Shown here: piece by piece, positions 39,069 to 48,582 of the stretch
Numbering within the stretch: the first letter of the stretch is position 1
Layout: each line of letters starts with the position of its first letter
Origin: Minisyncoccota bacterium
GTDB lineage: Bacteria; Patescibacteriota; Minisyncoccia; UBA6257; 2-01-FULL-56-20
Assembly: GCA_036510525.1 (NCBI GenBank)
Contig: DATCDU010000034.1
Span: 976-64,975, forward strand
Reading direction: 5' to 3'
Length of the DNA: 64,000 nt
The notes under the pieces: model-generated
Told to the model about the DNA's origin: nothing
Seen by the model: only the letters and a program-made list of their open reading frames with translations
Databases searched by the model: none
Program-made: the position numbers and the translations under genes

Positions 39069-40868
39069 CTAGCTCTGCCTTTTTCCGTGGAGCAGCATAT
39101 CCACGGCCTGTTGCATGGAACCGGCGCGCGTGATGGTGCCGCTGTTCACAAAGAAGATCACGTCCGCATTCTCGATGGTATTCAAGCGGTGGGCGATGAT
39201 GACGCGCGTGGTCTCTTTGGGCAACTGCTTGAGGATCTCCTCGAGCAGTCCTTCGGTGACGGTATCGATGTTCGCGGTGGCTTCATCAAGGATCAGTAGC
39301 GCGGGATTTCGCAGAACAGCGCGGATGAAAACGATCAATTGCTTTTGACCCAAGCTGATCGCGTCGCCGCTCGAAAGCACGGGCGTATCGAGGCCTTTAT
39401 CAAACCGCGCGAGGAGTTTTTCCAAACCCTCTTTCTTGATGACCGCCTCGAGCTGATCGTTCGAATGATCCTTATACTGCTCGTTGCTGTAGATAATATT
39501 GTCGCGCACGGTTCCCGTAAAAAGGAACGGGTCCTGCAAGATGAAGCCGATCTTCTTGGTGCGCGCCGCCGCGTCGTACGTACGAATATCTTTGCCATCG
39601 AGATAGACGGTGCCTTCCGTCGCGTCGTACAATCGCGCCATGAGTGATGCGGTCGTCGTCTTTCCTCCGCCGGTCGGCCCGACGAGCGCGTACGTCTTTC
39701 CTTTTTCCAAACTAAAGCTTATGTCGTGCAACACATCTTTGCCCGCGGCATAACGGAAGAAGACATGATCAAACGCGAGTATAGAATCCGCTATTTCCTT
39801 CGACACGATTTTTTTGACGGCACCTTCCGCATCTTTCACGCTATCTATGACAACGAGATCCGTCTTGAGTGAGAGAATATCCGAAATGCGGTCCCATCCC
39901 GCGAGCGCGGTCTGGAAGTTAGCCCATAACGATGCCAGCTGGCGAAGCGGGTTATAAAAGTTGTTCACATAGATGAGGAAGCCGACGAGGAGTCCGAGCG
40001 TGAACTGGCCTTGGAGGATGAGGAATAAGCCATAGGCGATCACGACCAACTGGCCGAGGTTTCCGCCCCAGCCATAGAACGGCGTAAGGGTATTGTTCGC
40101 GATGCCGGCGCCGATGGACGTTTCATAATTTTTCTGGTTTGCTTCCTCAAAATGCTCGCGGAAATAATCGCGGCGGTTGAACGCGACGACAACCTTGAAG
40201 TTCATCAAGCTTTCCTGGATCTCCGCGCTCAAACCGCCCAGGGCCCGCATGCTGAGGGCGTTCTTTCTTTTTACCCACGCAGCGGTGGCGATCGTGATGA
40301 TGATGATCAGCGCGGCAGGGATGAGCGCCGCGCCGCCCAATCGTATATTCAACACCAATAGGAATATCCCCGCGCCGATCATGATAAAGATGGACCCGAT
40401 GAACTGCATCAATGATTGCGAGAAGAATTGGTTCAGCTTATCCGTATCATTGTTGATGCGCGAAATAAGGTCCCCCGCTTTGTTCTGATTAAAGAATGCC
40501 ACCGGCAACTCCTGCAGTTTGTTGAAGACCGCATTGCGAAGATTAAAAAGCACGCGCTGGCCGATACCGCCCATAAGACGGGTCTGCGCGTAACTCGCGC
40601 CGAGCGCGAGAAGATACATGCCGAGCAAAATACCTGAATAGACGAGGACGCCGTGAAAATCTTTATTGATAAAATAGGTATTGATGACGTGAGCCATCAA
40701 AAGCGGCGCGAAAAGCGTGAGCAGTGAGTTCACGATGATCGCTATGAACGCAATGATGAGGATCTTCTTCTCGTCGCGCATGAGCGGCCACAGTTTTTTG
40801 ACCGCGGCGAGCATCGCGTTCTTCGGTTCGGTCCCCGCCGCTTTGGCTATCAGATTATAATCAGTCAT
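39069..40868 (-). CDS. ABC exporter, fused TMD-NBD subunit
   Basis: GPTGGGKTT, ISLGQKQ, LDEATA, IAHRL. Confidence 0.95.
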   Translation of the reverse strand: MTDYNLIAKAAGTEPKNAMLAAVKKLWPLMRDEKKILIIAFIAIIVNSLLTLFAPLLMAHVINTYFINKDFHGVLVYSGILLGMYLLALGASYAQTRLMGGIGQRVLFNLRNAVFNKLQELPVAFFNQNKAGDLISRINNDTDKLNQFFSQSLMQFIGSIFIMIGAGIFLLVLNIRLGGAALIPAALIIIITIATAAWVKRKNALSMRALGGLSAEIQESLMNFKVVVAFNRRDYFREHFEEANQKNYETSIGAGIANNTLTPFYGWGGNLGQLVVIAYGLFLILQGQFTLGLLVGFLIYVNNFYNPLRQLASLWANFQTALAGWDRISDILSLKTDLVVIDSVKDAEGAVKKIVSKEIADSILAFDHVFFRYAAGKDVLHDISFSLEKGKTYALVGPTGGGKTTTASLMARLYDATEGTVYLDGKDIRTYDAAARTKKIGFILQDPFLFTGTVRDNIIYSNEQYKDHSNDQLEAVIKKEGLEKLLARFDKGLDTPVLSSGDAISLGQKQLIVFIRAVLRNPALLILDEATANIDTVTEGLLEEILKQLPKETTRVIIAHRLNTIENADVIFFVNSGTITRAGSMQQAVDMLLHGKRQS

Positions 40869-42594
40869 TGGATTGTTCTTCGTAAGTATTCGTGCTCCGT
40901 TGCGAATCGACGATTTGCACGTACTCGGGGCTCGTCTTTAAAAGCTCCGCGTGGGTGCCCGACGCGAGCACTTCGCCTTCCATGATGACGATAATCTGGT
41001 CGTAGTGTTCAACAGCAGCGATCTTTTGGGTCACGGAAACGAGCGTGATGTCGGGATAATTCTCTTTGATGTTGCGCAGGGTCTTCTGCTCGGTGTTCGC
41101 GTCCACGCGCGCGGTGAACTCATCGAGCAAAAGGATGCGCGGGTTCAGTGCCAAAGCGCGCGCGAGCATGATGCGCTGTTTTTGTCCGCCCGACAAACTG
41201 CCGCCGCGTTCGGAAACGATCGTGTTGAGACCTTCCGGCAATCCGTCAATGAAATCTTTGAGTTCGGCGGTGGCGATCGCTTTATTCAGCGCCTCATCGA
41301 TCACGAGCGTATTGAACGCGATGTTCTCGCGCACACTCAAGTTGAACATAATGCTGTCTTGGAAAACGAGCCCGATCTGGTTGTGCAGTGATTCCGGATC
41401 GTATTCGTTGATGTCCCTGCCGTCATATGCGACCGTTCCAGCGTTCTGTTGCACAAGCCCCGTAAGGACGTACAACAGCTGGGTCTTCCCCGCAGCCGTC
41501 GGGCCAACGATCGCGGTTCGCGTCCCCGCCTTCACTGTGAGCGAAACGTCCTTTAACGCCGGCCTCTCACCGTACATCACCGTCACCCCTTTTACCGTAA
41601 TGTCGCCCCGCAATTTTTCTTTGAGCACTCCGTCCGGTTTCGGTTCCGGCGTATCAAGCACTTCCTGAACGCGGCCATAGGAAGCCTGTGCCTGCGCGAT
41701 GACGTTGCTCATAAAACCGATCACGAGGATCGGGAATATCAAAAGCGCGAGATAGCTGTTGAAGGCGGTGAAGTTGCCGAGCGTCATGCTCCCCGCGATC
41801 ACAAAGTGGCCGCCCAGTGTGAGGATGACCACCGTCGCTAGGTTTGCTACGAACGAGATGATCGGGATCATCGTGGCAAATATGATCAATATCTGCATGC
41901 CAAGGTCCTTCGCGCGGTTATTCGCGCCAAGAAATTTTTCATATTCCGGTTGCTGCGAGTTCAAAACGCGGATGAGCGCCGAGCCGAGGATGCTTTCGTT
42001 GATGACCTTGTTCAGCCAGTCGATCACTTCCCTGCTTTTTATAAAAAGCTTCCGCACTTTGCTAAGCACAAAAAAGAACGTGCCGCCGAGGATAGGAATG
42101 ATCGCGAGCACGGCAAGCGCCAATCGCCAATCTATCATAAGGAGTAAAATGCTCGCGCCGATGATGATGAACACCGACGAGACGATGGAAACGATCGCCT
42201 GCGCCACGAACGACTTTATGTTGTCGATGTCGGACGTTAAGTTCGTCAAAAGTTTGGCGGGGTTCGTTGTTTGCACATACGCATAGCTCTGGCGCGATAT
42301 CTTTGCCGAGACATCTTTTCGCAGGTCGCGCGCGACGCGTTCGGACGCGTAGACCTGCACGATGCTTTGCAGGTAAACGAAAACAAATATAAAGAATGAG
42401 GCGGAGAAGAATTCCACGATGACCGTGGTGAGCACGAGGTGGTTGCCCGTATACGCGTCGATCGCCGAAGCGATGATCTTTGGCAGCAGCAGGTTCAGCG
42501 CGTTGCTCGCAAGCGTAAAAAGGATGAGCCACGTCAGTATGCCCAAATAAGGCCTGAGGAGGCTTGTTAAGCTTGGTTTGTTCTGGGGTTCCAT
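40861..42594 (-). CDS. ABC exporter, fused TMD-NBD partner subunit (heterodimer, degenerate site)
   Basis: GPTAAGKT, LSGGQKQR, LDEFTA; switch His replaced by Q (VTQK). Confidence 0.95.
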   Translation of the reverse strand: MEPQNKPSLTSLLRPYLGILTWLILFTLASNALNLLLPKIIASAIDAYTGNHLVLTTVIVEFFSASFFIFVFVYLQSIVQVYASERVARDLRKDVSAKISRQSYAYVQTTNPAKLLTNLTSDIDNIKSFVAQAIVSIVSSVFIIIGASILLLMIDWRLALAVLAIIPILGGTFFFVLSKVRKLFIKSREVIDWLNKVINESILGSALIRVLNSQQPEYEKFLGANNRAKDLGMQILIIFATMIPIISFVANLATVVILTLGGHFVIAGSMTLGNFTAFNSYLALLIFPILVIGFMSNVIAQAQASYGRVQEVLDTPEPKPDGVLKEKLRGDITVKGVTVMYGERPALKDVSLTVKAGTRTAIVGPTAAGKTQLLYVLTGLVQQNAGTVAYDGRDINEYDPESLHNQIGLVFQDSIMFNLSVRENIAFNTLVIDEALNKAIATAELKDFIDGLPEGLNTIVSERGGSLSGGQKQRIMLARALALNPRILLLDEFTARVDANTEQKTLRNIKENYPDITLVSVTQKIAAVEHYDQIIVIMEGEVLASGTHAELLKTSPEYVQIVDSQRSTNTYEEQSND

Positions 42595-42793
42595 TGTTAT
42601 TTACTAAGCTGGGTTGAAGGCCATGATAATTTTAAACTGAAACAAATAAAAAAGCAGCTGTATGCCAGCTATACGAATGATAAGCCGCCTCATGGCCTGA
42701 TTCATTACGGTTCACTATTAATTCCGAGTTTGTTGCGGAAACTAGAAAATTTCAGAACCACTTTATTGGAGGGAGATTGGTAATACTAAGCTA

Positions 42794-43282
42794 TCAGTTC
42801 AACCGCCAGATGCTGTAATTTAGATATAACGCAAAGCTCACCCAAAGAATATACGACACGAGTAGCCATGCCGCCGGTCGGGAAGTTTTGGCAAAGGCGA
42901 CTATCGTCGCAACGATCGCGATCCACATCGTGATAATATCAACCAATGCCCACGCGGGGCTATGTAAACCAAAAAATATGATAGACCACAGGGCGTTCAA
43001 TATCAGCTGAATGGCAAAGAGAGATAGCGCGGTTTTGACCCCTTTGCTATCCCACCCCTTGCGCCAAACGAGAAATACCGCGATCCCCATAAGGAGATAG
43101 AGCGTCGTCCATACGGGACCAAAGACCCACGCAGGCGGATTAAGCGCAGGTTTCGCGAGCGTCGCATACCACGTCGGGATCGCCGAGACAGTGAAAATAG
43201 AGCCGATAATACCGGCGACCTCGGAAACGACCACAGCGATGACAAGCTTGAACCAATCGGACGAACTAAATCTTTTTCGCAT
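42794..43282 (-). CDS. tspO: TspO/MBR tryptophan-rich sensory protein
   Basis: WYATLAKP.LNPP.WVFGPVWT.LY, LNALWS.IFFG. Confidence 0.95.
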   Translation of the reverse strand: MRKRFSSSDWFKLVIAVVVSEVAGIIGSIFTVSAIPTWYATLAKPALNPPAWVFGPVWTTLYLLMGIAVFLVWRKGWDSKGVKTALSLFAIQLILNALWSIIFFGLHSPAWALVDIITMWIAIVATIVAFAKTSRPAAWLLVSYILWVSFALYLNYSIWRLN

Positions 43283-43292
43283 AATATAAAAG

Positions 43293-43379
43293 CTAGGGTC
43301 CTTTCTTAGAAAGCCAAACAGCCCGCAATACGATGAGTGTTACGACAAAACCGATGATGAAAATAACTGCGTTGCTCAC
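43293..43379 (-). CDS. Putative 28-aa single-TM peptide
   Basis: GTG start 1 nt after the upstream stop; MSNAVIFIIGFVVTLIVLRAVWLSKKGP. Confidence 0.4.
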   Translation of the reverse strand: MSNAVIFIIGFVVTLIVLRAVWLSKKGP

Positions 43380-43380
43380 G

Positions 43381-43524
43381 TTACTTTTTGAGCAACGTCC
43401 CGAGGCTCAGGATCGACGGCACCCAGAGGCCTACAAACAATGCTCCGTCCGTCTGGCCGGTAAACCAAAGATAGATCGCCAACAAAAATGAGATGCCTGC
43501 CGCAAGGAAAATATAGTTTTTCAT
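43381..43524 (-). CDS. 47-aa two-helix membrane microprotein
   Basis: MKNYIFLAAGISFLLAIYLWFTGQTDGALFVGLWVPSILSLGTLLKK. Confidence 0.65.
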   Translation of the reverse strand: MKNYIFLAAGISFLLAIYLWFTGQTDGALFVGLWVPSILSLGTLLKK

Positions 43525-43584
43525 ATGTAATTTTATATGTGCTAATCGACCTCAATAACTATAGCATGCTGCTTTACTTAATTG

Positions 43585-43658
43585 TTGCGGGGGCAGGACT
43601 TGAACCTGCTTCGGAAGCTTATGGGGCTTCCCGGAAAACCTTTCCCAACCCTCCCGCG
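43585..43658 (-). tRNA. Atypical initiator-tRNA-like element (CAT)
   Basis: CGCGGG.../CCCGCA-A with C1xA72, T arm GCAGG-TTCAAGT-CCTGC, anticodon arm GGAAGC-CCCATAA-GCTTCC; aberrant D region. Confidence 0.6.
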
Positions 43659-43758
43659 CGATGAAACTGCGCCGCGCCTTTTGCGCGTACAGCCAACCTG
43701 TGCATTATATGAATTTTATGCCGTGATTGTCAAAAAAAACGATTAGTGAGATTATCAA

Positions 43759-45099
43759 ATGATGACATCCGTGCCGGAACCGATCGCGCAGAATTTTAAA
43801 GGGAAGAAGATCACACTGATGGGACTCGGCCTTTTGGGGCGCGGCGTGGGCGTCGCAGAATTTTTGGCGGCGCAGGGTGCGGACCTTATCGTGACCGATC
43901 TCAAGACCGCGGAAGAGCTTGCGCCGTCCATCGAGCGATTGAAAAATTTTCCCAACATCACTTACCATTTGGGCGGTCATCAGCTTGAGGATTTTGAGAA
44001 TCGAGACATGGTAATACGCGCGCCGAACACACCGCTTGATTCGCCGTTCATCATCCGCGCGCGGGAATGCGGCATTCCGGTGGAAATGGACGCATCGCTC
44101 TTCGCCAAGCTCTCCCCCGCCACGATCGTGGGCATAACCGGCACACGAGGGAAATCCACCGTCACCCATCTCGTGTATGAAATGGCGAAGGCTGCCGGAA
44201 AAAACCCATTCCTCGGCGGGAACGAGCGCGGCACCGCGACGCTCCCCCTGCTCGCACAAACCGATGCGTCGAGCACCGTCATCCTCGAGCTCGATTCGTG
44301 GCAACTCCAAGGATTTGAAGACGCGAAGATCAGCCCGCATATCTCCGTCTGGACGAATTTCTTCCCGGACCACATGAACTATTATAGAGGCGATATGGAT
44401 CGCTATTTTCAAGACAAGGCCGCCATCGCGCGGTTTCAAAAACCGGGCGACATTTTTATAACCACGCAAGATATAAAAGAGAAGATCGAATCGCGGTTCG
44501 GCGGGCTCAAAGGAACCTGCGTGACCAATCCCGCCATCCCCGACGACTGGGGGGTCGCGTTGCTTGGCGAACATAACCGCGCGAACGCCGCCTTCGCCTG
44601 CGCCGCCGCCCGATCCATGGGCATCGCGGACGACATCATTAAGAAAACGTTAAAAACTTTTTCCGGACTTCCGGGGCGCTTGCAACTGCTCGGAGAAAAG
44701 AATGGTATCGCATTTTACGATGACAGCAATTCCACCACGCCGGAAGCGACGATCGCGGCGCTCACCGCGCTCGCGCCGCTCGGGCGGCCGATCATTCTCA
44801 TCGCCGGAGGAAGCGACAAAGAGCTCGACCTTTCCAAGATGATCCCCGTCATAGAAAAAAATGTGAAGCGGCTCATTTTGTTTAACGGCAACGCAACGGA
44901 AAAAATAAAGCCTCTGCTTTCAAAAGATTTTCCTTATAAAACCACAGCGAGCATGGACGAGGCATTTTCCGCGGCGGTCGGCGCAGCAGCCCCGCGCGAC
45001 ATCATCATCCTCTCCCCCGGTGCGACCAGTTTCGGCATTTTTAAGAACGAGTACGACCGCGGGGACCAGTTCAAGACCGCCTTCGAAAAACTGACCTAG
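43759..45099 (+). CDS. murD: UDP-MurNAc-L-Ala--D-glutamate ligase
   Basis: GLGLLG, GITGTRGKST, ELDSWQL, DHMNY, LSPGATSF..FKNEYDRG. Confidence 0.95.
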   Translation: MMTSVPEPIAQNFKGKKITLMGLGLLGRGVGVAEFLAAQGADLIVTDLKTAEELAPSIERLKNFPNITYHLGGHQLEDFENRDMVIRAPNTPLDSPFIIRARECGIPVEMDASLFAKLSPATIVGITGTRGKSTVTHLVYEMAKAAGKNPFLGGNERGTATLPLLAQTDASSTVILELDSWQLQGFEDAKISPHISVWTNFFPDHMNYYRGDMDRYFQDKAAIARFQKPGDIFITTQDIKEKIESRFGGLKGTCVTNPAIPDDWGVALLGEHNRANAAFACAAARSMGIADDIIKKTLKTFSGLPGRLQLLGEKNGIAFYDDSNSTTPEATIAALTALAPLGRPIILIAGGSDKELDLSKMIPVIEKNVKRLILFNGNATEKIKPLLSKDFPYKTTASMDEAFSAAVGAAAPRDIIILSPGATSFGIFKNEYDRGDQFKTAFEKLT

Positions 45100-45138
45100 T
45101 GATTGAAAACACCCGCGTTTTCGGCTAAGATAGGGATA

Positions 45139-45456
45139 ATGTCCTCATCTTCCGGCGACGGTATCGGCAAAAAAGAGCTTGAACATCTTGCGCAGCTTTC
45201 GCGGATCGAGATCGATCCAAAAGAGGCAGACAAGTTGATCACCGATCTCGACGCGATCCTGGATCATTTCAAAGAGCTCCAAGCGCTCGACACCGCGAAC
45301 GTCGCGCCGATGACCGGCGGCACCGACCTCACGAATGTCTTCCGCGCCGATGGCGAGGACGATGGCGGCCGTGAAAGCACGAACCGCGGCGCGGGCGTTG
45401 ACGCATTCCCCGAATCGAAGGACGGCTACCTCAAGGTGCCGCCGGTTTTTGAATGA
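45139..45456 (+). CDS. gatC: Asp/Glu-tRNA amidotransferase subunit C
   Basis: HLAQLSRI, NVFRAD, YLKVPPV; directly upstream of gatA. Confidence 0.92.
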   Translation: MSSSSGDGIGKKELEHLAQLSRIEIDPKEADKLITDLDAILDHFKELQALDTANVAPMTGGTDLTNVFRADGEDDGGRESTNRGAGVDAFPESKDGYLKVPPVFE

Positions 45457-45457
45457 T

Positions 45458-46942
45458 ATGGAACCGCTCCACGACCTCACCATCAAAAAATTCCACGAGG
45501 GATTGCTCAACAAAGAATTCTCCGCACTTGAGGTAACGCAGGCATATTTCCGGCGCATCAAAGAGCACGATAAAGAGATCGGCGCGTACCTGAGCTTGGC
45601 CGAAGAGTCCGCCACACGTGATGCGGGCGCCGTTGACGTGGCGCTCGCCGAGGGTGAAACGCTCGGCGCGCTCGCCGGCGTCCCGCTCGCCATCAAGGAT
45701 TGCATATTGATCAAAGACCTCCCCGCCACCGCTGGCTCGCGCATTCTGGAGAACTACACCGCCGCCTACGACGCCGGCGTCATCCAAAAACTTCGCGGCG
45801 AGCGCGCCGTCTTCCTCGGTAAGACCAACATGGACGAGTTCGCGATGGGATCCTCCACGGAAAATTCCGCGTTCCACGTGACCCACAATCCGCACGACCA
45901 CTCGCGCGTCCCCGGTGGCTCATCCGGTGGCTCCGCGGCTGCCGTCGCGGCGCACTTCGCCGTCGGCGCACTCGGCTCCGACACGGGTGGTTCCGTCCGG
46001 CAACCGGCGGCGCTTTGTGGTGTCGTAGGATTCAAGCCCACGTACGGCGCGGTGTCCCGCTCCGGCCTCATCGCGATGGCGTCCAGTCTGGATCAGATCA
46101 GCCCATTCGGAAAAACGGTAGAGGACGCCGCGATCATGTTCAAGGCGATCGCCGGGAACGATCCGCTTGATGCGACGAGCGCGGACGGCGCTGATTATTC
46201 CGGCATCACCGATCTCGATAATCCCGCAAAGCTCGAAAAGATAAAAAAACTTACGATCGGCCTTCCCGAAGAATACTTCATCGACGGCCTCGACAAAGCG
46301 GTGTCGGCGGGCGTGGAGCGCGCGATCGATAAATTGAAAAGTTTAGGATTCAACTTCAAGAAAATATCCCTGCCGCACACGAAGTATGCGCTCTCGTGCT
46401 ATTACATCGTGATGCCCGCGGAGGTAAGTTCCAACCTCGCGCGTTTTGACGGTATTCGCTACGCCCGCATCGCGAACGCGAAGGCGGAGGGCGAAAAGCT
46501 AAGCGAGGTATACTTAAAGCAGCGCGGAGAAGGATTCGGCGCGGAGGCAAAACGCCGCATCATCCTCGGCACGTTCGTATTGTCATCCGGCTATTACGAC
46601 GCATACTACGATAAGGCCCAGCGGACACGGACGCTCATCAAACAGGACTTCGACAACGCCTTCAAGGATGTCGATGTCATCCTCACTCCGGTCACACCGA
46701 CTCCCGCATTTAAGATCGGCGAAAGGGCGAACGACCCGCTTGCCATGTATCTGAGCGATGTGTTCACCATCCCCGTCAGCCTCGCCGGACTTCCCGCAAT
46801 ATCCATCCCCGTCGACGGCGCCCACGCAAGCGCGGCGGTTACAGGGAAGGGCGATCTCCCCATCGGCTTCCAGCTGATCGGAAAGAAATGGCACGAGGCG
46901 GACATCCTCGGCATCGGCCAATATTATGAAAAATTAAATTAA
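45458..46942 (+). CDS. gatA: Asp/Glu-tRNA amidotransferase subunit A
   Basis: KTNMDEFAMGSSTE, PGGSSGGS, GSDTGGSVRQPA, SSNLARFDG. Confidence 0.97.
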   Translation: MEPLHDLTIKKFHEGLLNKEFSALEVTQAYFRRIKEHDKEIGAYLSLAEESATRDAGAVDVALAEGETLGALAGVPLAIKDCILIKDLPATAGSRILENYTAAYDAGVIQKLRGERAVFLGKTNMDEFAMGSSTENSAFHVTHNPHDHSRVPGGSSGGSAAAVAAHFAVGALGSDTGGSVRQPAALCGVVGFKPTYGAVSRSGLIAMASSLDQISPFGKTVEDAAIMFKAIAGNDPLDATSADGADYSGITDLDNPAKLEKIKKLTIGLPEEYFIDGLDKAVSAGVERAIDKLKSLGFNFKKISLPHTKYALSCYYIVMPAEVSSNLARFDGIRYARIANAKAEGEKLSEVYLKQRGEGFGAEAKRRIILGTFVLSSGYYDAYYDKAQRTRTLIKQDFDNAFKDVDVILTPVTPTPAFKIGERANDPLAMYLSDVFTIPVSLAGLPAISIPVDGAHASAAVTGKGDLPIGFQLIGKKWHEADILGIGQYYEKLN

Positions 46943-46946
46943 CCCA

Positions 46947-47492
46947 ATGCCACCAGGAACAGCAACGTCAGCCGCAGCGGCGGCAACACAGGTAGGGCAA
47001 AGCTTCATCACTGGATATTTCTCGCACCTCGGCGTGCTGGAATTCTTCGGCTTCGTCATCGCGCTCATCTGCTTTGCTGGCGTCGTTTATTTTGTGATCG
47101 AGACCGGTTGGTTCTCTCTCCGCGCCGAGCGCTTCCGCCACATCGTCCTGCAATCCAACATTTCAAAAAAGGAAGCCCAGGAGTCGTGGCACAAGATCGA
47201 GGAACATTTTTACCGCGGCGGCGAGAGCGACCTAAAGGTCGCCATCCTTGAGGCGGACAAGTTATTGAACGACGCCCTGCGCGACGCGGGGATCATAGGG
47301 ATCCAGCTCGGAGATCGGCTCAAAAAAGCGAGCACCGAACAGGTCCCGAACCTGAACGAGCTCTGGCAGGCACACAAACTGCGTAATCAGATCGCACACG
47401 AACCGAACTTCAAGCTCAAGCGCGAACTCGCCGAACGCGCGCTCGGCATCTATGAGACCGCGCTAAAAAATCTCGGCATCTTCCAGGGCTAG
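46947..47492 (+). CDS. Membrane-anchored hypothetical protein with HEPN-like RxxxxH motif
   Basis: TM helix, AILEADKLL, LGDRLK, AHKLRNQIAHE. Confidence 0.75.
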   Translation: MPPGTATSAAAAATQVGQSFITGYFSHLGVLEFFGFVIALICFAGVVYFVIETGWFSLRAERFRHIVLQSNISKKEAQESWHKIEEHFYRGGESDLKVAILEADKLLNDALRDAGIIGIQLGDRLKKASTEQVPNLNELWQAHKLRNQIAHEPNFKLKRELAERALGIYETALKNLGIFQG

Positions 47493-47494
47493 CA

Positions 47495-48532
47495 CTACAG
47501 TGATGTTCCGTTTACTGACGTGAGCGTGATGCTATCCGATCCAGGGACGTACGTTCCAGTGAATTGCGCGGTGGCAGGCGTGCTCGACGGAGCGGAAACA
47601 GTGGTAGAGCTGGCCGTTGTCGAAGAAGCGGTGCTCGTGGCAGTCGTAGTGGTGCTTGTTGCCATAAGCGCGGTCATTGCCGAGATCACACTTGCCGCTT
47701 TGGAGTTCGCGACGTAGATCTTTGCGCCATACATTGCCGTGATGACATACGATGTTTTCCCGCCTCCGGAAACGGTGCCGTTAAAGGAAACGGTGACGGT
47801 CCCTCCTGCAGCAGCGCCCGGGGGGACGGCGTAAAACGAAAGCTCGGTCTGCAATTCCTGCGTCTCAGCGGTAAGCGTCGCGGCCTGTGCCGTGAGCGCC
47901 GTGGTCGAAGCGGCGACCTGCGCCTGTAGTGCGGAAAGTTGGGAGTTCACGCCTGAGCTCTGCCCGTTCAACGAGTCGAGCTGTTTCGTTAAGCTGCCGT
48001 TCTGCATGTAAAGAAATCCGGCAAACCCCGCCATAGCGACGATGATAACGACGAGAATGATCTCTGTAATCAACGCGCCGCGCGAGCCGTGGGTCTTGCC
48101 CGCCGAAAATGCCTGGGCTTGAAAGGTATTCGATGACTTCGTCGCCCCTGCGGCACTTACTGCGGGTCCGGTCAATGGACTTCTTGATGCGGATGCGGAT
48201 GTTGATGCTGGCGAAGACGCAACCGGCTTTGACGCCATCGTCATCGGCGCGACCGATGTGGACGAAGAAACGAGATCGCTTACTTTCATGGTCTGCGGCG
48301 CGGGCTTTGCGGCTGACATCGATTCCCTCGGCTTTACCGCGGGCGACGCCATCGCTGACATCGCGGACATCGGCTGCGCTGCCGGCATCTTTGCCGCTTC
48401 CACTTTTTTGAGCGTATCCTCCACGTCCGCAGCTTGCCAGCCGACGCCGGTGAGCGTCGACTTGATGGCGTCGCGGGAAACGCCAAGCTTCATCTGAGAG
48501 TTTATGTATTCAACGATCGATTCCTGTACCAT
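47495..48532 (-). CDS. Hypothetical membrane protein (low-complexity linker, coiled coil)
   Basis: N-terminal helical domain, Ser/Ala/Pro linker, TM helix, heptad segment, Thr/Ser-rich tail. Confidence 0.75.
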   Translation of the reverse strand: MVQESIVEYINSQMKLGVSRDAIKSTLTGVGWQAADVEDTLKKVEAAKMPAAQPMSAMSAMASPAVKPRESMSAAKPAPQTMKVSDLVSSSTSVAPMTMASKPVASSPASTSASASRSPLTGPAVSAAGATKSSNTFQAQAFSAGKTHGSRGALITEIILVVIIVAMAGFAGFLYMQNGSLTKQLDSLNGQSSGVNSQLSALQAQVAASTTALTAQAATLTAETQELQTELSFYAVPPGAAAGGTVTVSFNGTVSGGGKTSYVITAMYGAKIYVANSKAASVISAMTALMATSTTTTATSTASSTTASSTTVSAPSSTPATAQFTGTYVPGSDSITLTSVNGTSL

Positions 48533-48582
48533 GATGAAAATGAATTATTAATTTTTTAAATATCGTTTCGACGTTTTATTTT

